In this document: piece by piece, positions 63,979 through 64,000 of the stretch | How positions within the stretch are numbered: position 1 is the stretch's first letter | Layout: every line of letters begins with the position of its first letter | From: Candidatus Methylomirabilia bacterium | GTDB lineage: Bacteria > Methylomirabilota > Methylomirabilia > Rokubacteriales > CSP1-6 | Direction: 5' to 3' | Length of the DNA stretch: 64,000 bases | Assembly: GCA_041496385.1 (NCBI GenBank) | Contig: JBGQEL010000004.1 | Location: 1 to 64,000 of the forward strand | The notes under the pieces: generated by a model | Database searches by the model: none | What the model saw: the letters and a program-made list of their open reading frames with translations, nothing else | Told to the model about the DNA's origin: nothing | Position numbers and translations under genes: made by a program

Positions 63979-64000
63979 GCCTCACGACGCACGCACGCCC

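Overview
High-GC bacterial chromosome segment with about 57 CDSs, mostly housekeeping. It belongs to a diderm: lptABC, lptE, a fused lptFG and kdsAD are present. Gene order and style suggest Candidatus Rokubacteria/Methylomirabilota or a related deltaproteobacterial-like lineage (inference). No rRNA, tRNA, CRISPR array, transposase or prophage was seen. Highlights that the ORF track misses: (1) a 157-aa peroxiredoxin (8029..7556, minus) with in-frame UGA at the peroxidatic position, a SECIS-like hairpin after it and a remodelled active site (C-x3-G-x2-U); (2) a 28-bp dif-like XerCD site at 7514-7541, where gene orientation flips from mostly plus to almost all minus, so probably the replication terminus, with an orphan Cys-rich ORF beside it; (3) a sigma54 -24/-12 motif in front of the lptC-lptA-lptB-rpoN-rapZ operon, suggesting RpoN autoregulation; (4) a RomR-like pseudo-receiver protein coupled to a PaaK ligase and a lone PaaA-like di-iron protein; (5) two paralogous small secreted FQCP...LHKxGKHADS proteins; (6) a 54-bp tandem duplication at the guaA 3' end containing a REP-like hairpin that recurs after pyrG; (7) several apparently leaderless genes, including a 22-bp bidirectional promoter. 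All calls come from motif recognition by eye, with no database searches.
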